Shown here: piece by piece, positions 56,249 through 60,364 of the stretch
Layout: each line of letters opens with the position of its first letter
Position numbering within the stretch: position 1 is the stretch's first letter
NCBI GenBank assembly: GCA_018220935.1
Contig: JAAOXU010000030.1
Coordinates: 1-60,364 of the forward strand
Reading direction: 5' to 3'
From: Candidatus Altiarchaeota archaeon
Lineage (GTDB): Archaea; SpSt-1190
Length of the DNA stretch: 60,364 bases
Notes under the pieces: generated by a model
What the model was told of the DNA's origin: nothing
The model's input: only the letters and a program-made list of their open reading frames with translations
Databases searched by the model: none
Program-made: the position numbers and the translations under genes

Positions 56249-57676
56249 TTATTGAAGTTTTGAGAAATCAATAGCTTCAGTTGAACCATCACTTAAATCC
56301 ATTACAATAAATTTACCAGGGGACGGGACGTGTCCCAATTTTTCTTGAAAATTGGTAGTATCTTGAAAAGTTCCAGTAGAAATTAGTTTAACGCCTCTGT
56401 AGGAATTAATACTAAATTTGTGGACATGTCCTGTGTGAAATACATGAGGAACTTTGTTTATTACCATAAAATCGTGTTTATCTGGGAATATTTTGTTTCT
56501 ACCAAAAATAGGAGATAGGTGTCGTTTTTTTAGTAGATGTTTTTGACCAAGGAATGGTTTTTGATATCCTTCACTTCGTATAGGTTCAACCGCATCAATC
56601 ATACTGTCTAGACTTGTGCCGTGATACATCAAAATAGTAATACCCTCAATTTCAACCCAAGCCGGATTAGAGTAAACTTCTAAATTGTCTAATTTTTTTA
56701 GTGGCTTTCCAATATCAGCAGGAAATGCAGGTTGTGGTTCTGAGTCCCTATTAGGGTCGTGATTTCCACTAATTAGAAGTATTTTAACGTCTTTTCTTAT
56801 TTGTTTAAGGTATTTAGCGAGGGCTTCCATTTGGCCTTCAATTGTGTCAATTTCAAGAGATTTATCTTGATTTTTATACATGCCAATTCCGTCAACCAAG
56901 TCCCCAGCAATAAGAACATAAGAAATTTCTTTGTGTTCATTAATCCAAGACACAAATTTATCCCATACGTCCTCTAAGTATTTTTTAGAGCCTACGTGGT
57001 TATCCGAAAGAAATAGGATTTTTGATCTTTTAGCAACAGGCCAATGTACTTGGGGTATATCTGGAAAGACTACTGCATTTGCAAAAAAGATACCCCTACC
57101 AGCTTGTCCTTTTAGGCCTATAATCTCATCAGGTATTATCTCTCCCCTTTCAGGTAAATTTTTAGGTATTATTACTGTAGTTGATCCGGATAAGTCTTCC
57201 ACCTTGATAATTCGTCTACCATCGTTAGTATCGCGGATATCACGAACCATACCAATTATTGAGAGATCTTCACGCCCCTTAACTCTTGATAATTGACCAA
57301 TTGATACTGTGTTTTTTAGATTGGGTCGCTTCCATAACATCTGACTTATTGCTTTGTATCTAGACAGGAAAAAATTCCAAAAACTCTGTGGATTTATAGG
57401 CTCCCAATCATCATAATTTTTTATTACTTTAAACGCGGGTTTTATTTCAGGGATTATTGGTGTTTGTACCAGAGCTTTGGGTGTTTTTATTTGTTTTAGG
57501 AAGTCTGATGTTATTTCAGAAGGAATATCTTCCATTAAAATTAATTTGTCTAAAAGCGAAGAATCGGAAATAATAGTATCAAGAGCATCTTGATAGATCA
57601 TTCTAACACCTTTACTAAAAATTTGTTGAACTTTTAGTTTATTACTACCATCTTCAACAAAACTTGTCAAATCCAT
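56249..57676 (-). CDS. polB: DNA polymerase D small subunit DP1 (3'-5' exonuclease)
   Basis: OB fold followed by phosphoesterase motifs SDNHVGS, GDLVDG, GNHD, YHG, GHVH. Confidence 0.96.
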   Translation of the reverse strand: MDLTSFVEDGSNKLKVQQIFSKGVRMIYQDALDTIISDSSLLDKLILMEDIPSEITSDFLKQIKTPKALVQTPIIPEIKPAFKVIKNYDDWEPINPQSFWNFFLSRYKAISQMLWKRPNLKNTVSIGQLSRVKGREDLSIIGMVRDIRDTNDGRRIIKVEDLSGSTTVIIPKNLPERGEIIPDEIIGLKGQAGRGIFFANAVVFPDIPQVHWPVAKRSKILFLSDNHVGSKKYLEDVWDKFVSWINEHKEISYVLIAGDLVDGIGMYKNQDKSLEIDTIEGQMEALAKYLKQIRKDVKILLISGNHDPNRDSEPQPAFPADIGKPLKKLDNLEVYSNPAWVEIEGITILMYHGTSLDSMIDAVEPIRSEGYQKPFLGQKHLLKKRHLSPIFGRNKIFPDKHDFMVINKVPHVFHTGHVHKFSINSYRGVKLISTGTFQDTTNFQEKLGHVPSPGKFIVMDLSDGSTEAIDFSKLQ

Positions 57677-57677
57677 T

Positions 57678-58868
57678 TTAGAGACTCACCAGTAAACTCT
57701 CAATCTGGTCTTTAATATTATCTGCGGTAGTCAACTCAACTATTTTGGTTCTCCCATATCTTCCTCGGGAAATTACATTAGTTCTAACAATTCCTGCAGA
57801 TTCAAAGTCACCTAAAATATCTAAAACTCGTCTCATAGTTAGCTCTTTTAGTCCAGTTTGGGTAGATATCTCAACATATTTATCATATACTTCCCTTGTG
57901 TATGAAAGAGGCTTATCTAGACTGACTAGAGCGTGTAAAACCAGTTTCTGGTGATGTGGTAATGTGTTTACAAATCCACTAATATTATCAGCATACATCT
58001 TCGAAATAGCGTCTTTAACGTGCTTTTTCATGACTTTTAAGGACGTTTCTCGCTCAGCTAATTCAGCTGATATTCGAAGGAGTTCTAATGCACGTCTTGC
58101 ATCCCCGTGTTCTTTTGCAGATGAAGCAGCACAGAGCATAATAACAGAATCATCTAGCACCCCGGGACTAAACGCAGTATCTCTTTGTTTTAGTATTTCA
58201 TAAATTTGGTCAGCGTCATATGGAGGGAAAATAATTTCTTCCTCACTTAAACTAGATTTAGTTCGAGAATCAAGGTTGTTTACCACATTAAAATCATTAG
58301 TTATTCCTACAATTGATACTTGAGAGTTTTTTAGTTCAGAATTAATTCGAGACAAAGTGTAGAGTGCTTCTGGACTCTTCTCAACTAATACATCAACTTC
58401 ATCTAAAACTAGTAAGTAAATAGAAGGGTTATTCTCTAGTGTGTGCACAAGTTTTTCAAAAACTGAATGTGTTGGAACTCCAGTATCTGGAATAAATTCT
58501 CCCATCATCCTACAAAGATGAGCATATAATCTGTATTCAGTATCGGCCACTTTTTTTAGACCCGTATTAACATACATAAATTTTACAGGTATATTTTTTT
58601 CCTGAGCAGTTTTTTGGAGCATTGAACCCACATACAAAGTTACAGCAGTCTTACCAGTCCCAGATTTTCCATAAATAAAAACATTTGAAGGTCTTTCTAG
58701 TCTTAGTGAGGGTGCGAGGATTTGAGCGAGTTGTTTTACTAAATCTTCACGATGAGGTAGTTCATCAGGAACATACGACGATTGTAGAAAATCTTTACGA
58801 GAAAATATAGAACTTCCAGACGCATAAAAACCGAATATTTTTTCAATATCATTCTTCATTTGGAACAC
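57678..58868 (-). CDS. cdc6: Orc1/Cdc6 replication initiator
   Basis: PDELPHRE, Walker A GKSGTGKT, LDEVD, HGDAR, GRYGRT. The start may be ATG 58859. Confidence 0.97.
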   Translation of the reverse strand: MFQMKNDIEKIFGFYASGSSIFSRKDFLQSSYVPDELPHREDLVKQLAQILAPSLRLERPSNVFIYGKSGTGKTAVTLYVGSMLQKTAQEKNIPVKFMYVNTGLKKVADTEYRLYAHLCRMMGEFIPDTGVPTHSVFEKLVHTLENNPSIYLLVLDEVDVLVEKSPEALYTLSRINSELKNSQVSIVGITNDFNVVNNLDSRTKSSLSEEEIIFPPYDADQIYEILKQRDTAFSPGVLDDSVIMLCAASSAKEHGDARRALELLRISAELAERETSLKVMKKHVKDAISKMYADNISGFVNTLPHHQKLVLHALVSLDKPLSYTREVYDKYVEISTQTGLKELTMRRVLDILGDFESAGIVRTNVISRGRYGRTKIVELTTADNIKDQIESLLVSL

Positions 58869-59158
58869 ACCTATACGTTATTACTCAAAAAAAGTTTATA
58901 ATTATTAGTTACCCCTTTAGCATTACTTCGAGTGGAAACTACCTTGGTTTCCTGTGGAACTCTCCTTCATTTCGCGTGGAAGCTTTCATTTTAGTTCCGC
59001 CAAAAACTTTACTTTTCTATATTGAAAAATATTATAGTCTATATTACTATATTGAAAAGATAACTTATTATATTATATATAGGGTGTTCCACGAGAAGCA
59101 AAGGAGAGGGTTTTTTCAATATTGAAATCTTTTAAACTCATCAACCTATTAATAAAAT
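58869..59158. other. Replication origin (oriC): ORB elements flanking an AT-rich unwinding element
   Basis: TTCCAC-NN-GAA repeats on the minus strand at ~58927-58939, 58948-58960 and 58970-58983. Inverted GTTCCACGAGAAGCAAAGGAGAGGG at 59086-59110. AT-rich tract ~59005-59080. Immediately upstream of cdc6. Confidence 0.88.
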
Positions 59159-59656
59159 ATGAAATTTGGAATAATCCTAAAGGGCCCAGCTGACAAATTA
59201 ACTGAAAGAGCTAAAAAACTCAACCCTGCGACTCCTATAGTGATAGTTGATGAATCTACCTTTAATGATCCACAATTATTTGCAGTTTTTGTATTCAAAA
59301 AATACAGAAGTATTGCAGATAAATATAATGAAAAAAGGGAAAAACAAAACCTTAAACCCTTTGCAATTGTCGATATACCTCTTGGAACAAAACCAACTGT
59401 TTCAATTAATTCTGTAAGGGGTCGAATAGCTGAAATTTTAAAAGATGGTCCTGCATATGGATATGAAATTTTCAAAAAATACAAACTCAAATATGGCAAT
59501 GTTTCAATGAGATTAATTTACTATCATATTAATCGTGGGGAAAAAGACCATCTTTTTGAGATTGATAAACTAGAAGAGAGTGATGGTAACTTTTCTTGGG
59601 GTGCAAAAACTGTACGAAAATACTATAGGTTAAAGTCTTTTGTTAACGACAAATAA
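59159..59656 (+). CDS. Origin-adjacent protein with C-terminal winged-helix (PadR-like) domain
   Basis: R.RIAEIL...PAYGYEIFK.Y...YGNVSMRLIYYHI ... GNFSWG...RKYY.L. Confidence 0.78.
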   Translation: MKFGIILKGPADKLTERAKKLNPATPIVIVDESTFNDPQLFAVFVFKKYRSIADKYNEKREKQNLKPFAIVDIPLGTKPTVSINSVRGRIAEILKDGPAYGYEIFKKYKLKYGNVSMRLIYYHINRGEKDHLFEIDKLEESDGNFSWGAKTVRKYYRLKSFVNDK

Positions 59657-60364
59657 CCCTAAAATTGCAGGCATCCAAACTGTCAAAAATCTATACGTAA
59701 GTATACCACCAATTGCAACCTCAGCAGATACACCCTGACTTATCAAAAAACTAGGAATCGAAATTTCATATACTCCAAGACCAAATGGTGTGGGACTAGC
59801 TCCAATTACAATTCCACCGAGTGCAACCACGCTTATACTCAAAAAAAGCGAAATACCAACTAAACTTCTAATAGCAAGACTCTGAAATAAAAGAGATAAT
59901 ATTGACAAAACAATCAAAACAAAACCAACTTTAAAATTTACTATTTTATTAAGTTCTCCCCTAAAATCAGAAAGTTTTCTTATAATCTTCCACTTAGTAA
60001 ACCACTCAAACTTCTTAGTAAATAAAATCCCCATTCCAGTAAAAATAATTAGTGCAGACAATAAAACTGGACTAAAACTCCCAATAAAAAATACACTAAC
60101 TAAAAGGTGAAGACCAAGATCAAAAAATCTCTCAATTACAAACCCCGTCATAGCATGACTCAAAAAAACACCTCGTTTGACTAAGTAATAAACCGAAATT
60201 GTTGAACTCATTTTAATAAGGGAAAAAATTGATGAATTAGCAACTAATACGTATTCAAAAAGGGTTATATTCTTAACGGACGTTCCTAATTCCTTTAAAA
60301 CATATTTTAGTCTAAGAACTACTGTTGAAATGCCCAATAACACAAACATTAAAGCGTAAATTAA
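59630..60364 (-). CDS. Lysylphosphatidylglycerol-synthase-TM / flippase-like membrane protein; probably 5'-partial
   Basis: ERFFD, PTPFGLGVYE, YRFLT. Frame is open to the window edge (LIYAL-MFV). Confidence 0.82.
   Translation of the reverse strand, partial: LIYALMFVLLGISTVVLRLKYVLKELGTSVKNITLFEYVLVANSSIFSLIKMSSTISVYYLVKRGVFLSHAMTGFVIERFFDLGLHLLVSVFFIGSFSPVLLSALIIFTGMGILFTKKFEWFTKWKIIRKLSDFRGELNKIVNFKVGFVLIVLSILSLLFQSLAIRSLVGISLFLSISVVALGGIVIGASPTPFGLGVYEISIPSFLISQGVSAEVAIGGILTYRFLTVWMPAILGLFVVNKRL

Noticed and set aside
52960-58868. Inteins in DP2 or Cdc6
   Set aside because: Lengths are normal and conserved motifs (e.g. KRNCDGDED) are uninterrupted.
59149-59499. 116-aa minus-strand ORF near the origin
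   Set aside because: Antisense to the wHTH gene, which has the recognisable motif.

Overview
AT-rich, very compact archaeal chromosomal segment. It is archaeal by PolD DP1/DP2, Orc1/Cdc6, thermosome, histones, NAC, archaeal GAPDH and TATA promoters; gene style suggests a DPANN-type lineage (inference only). The first 23.3 kb is a surface-structure locus. It starts with a giant protein (>5,250 aa, 5'-truncated by the window) built of ~330-aa Cys-containing repeats and Ig-like domains, then one TM helix and a cytoplasmic HerA/FtsK/VirB4-superfamily (DUF87-type) P-loop ATPase. A small membrane protein, a coiled-coil protein and a convergent 1,886-aa paralogous surface protein follow. The rest is mostly housekeeping: 4 tRNAs, CysRS, PheRS, GAPN, GAPDH, Nth, thermosome, TruD, PolD and cdc6 with an ORB-containing replication origin. 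It also holds a radical SAM pair, a pilin-like operon, three wHTH regulators and a 1.3-kb repeat-rich non-coding island. Reading the DNA directly added several items missing from the ORF track: a short face-to-face-type histone, ribosomal protein eL41/eS32, a 54-aa coiled-coil ORF, an H/ACA guide RNA candidate (predicted target 23S helix 69), a dispersed palindrome family, and single-TATA bidirectional promoters with apparently leaderless GTG starts. No CRISPR array, rRNA or transposase was seen.
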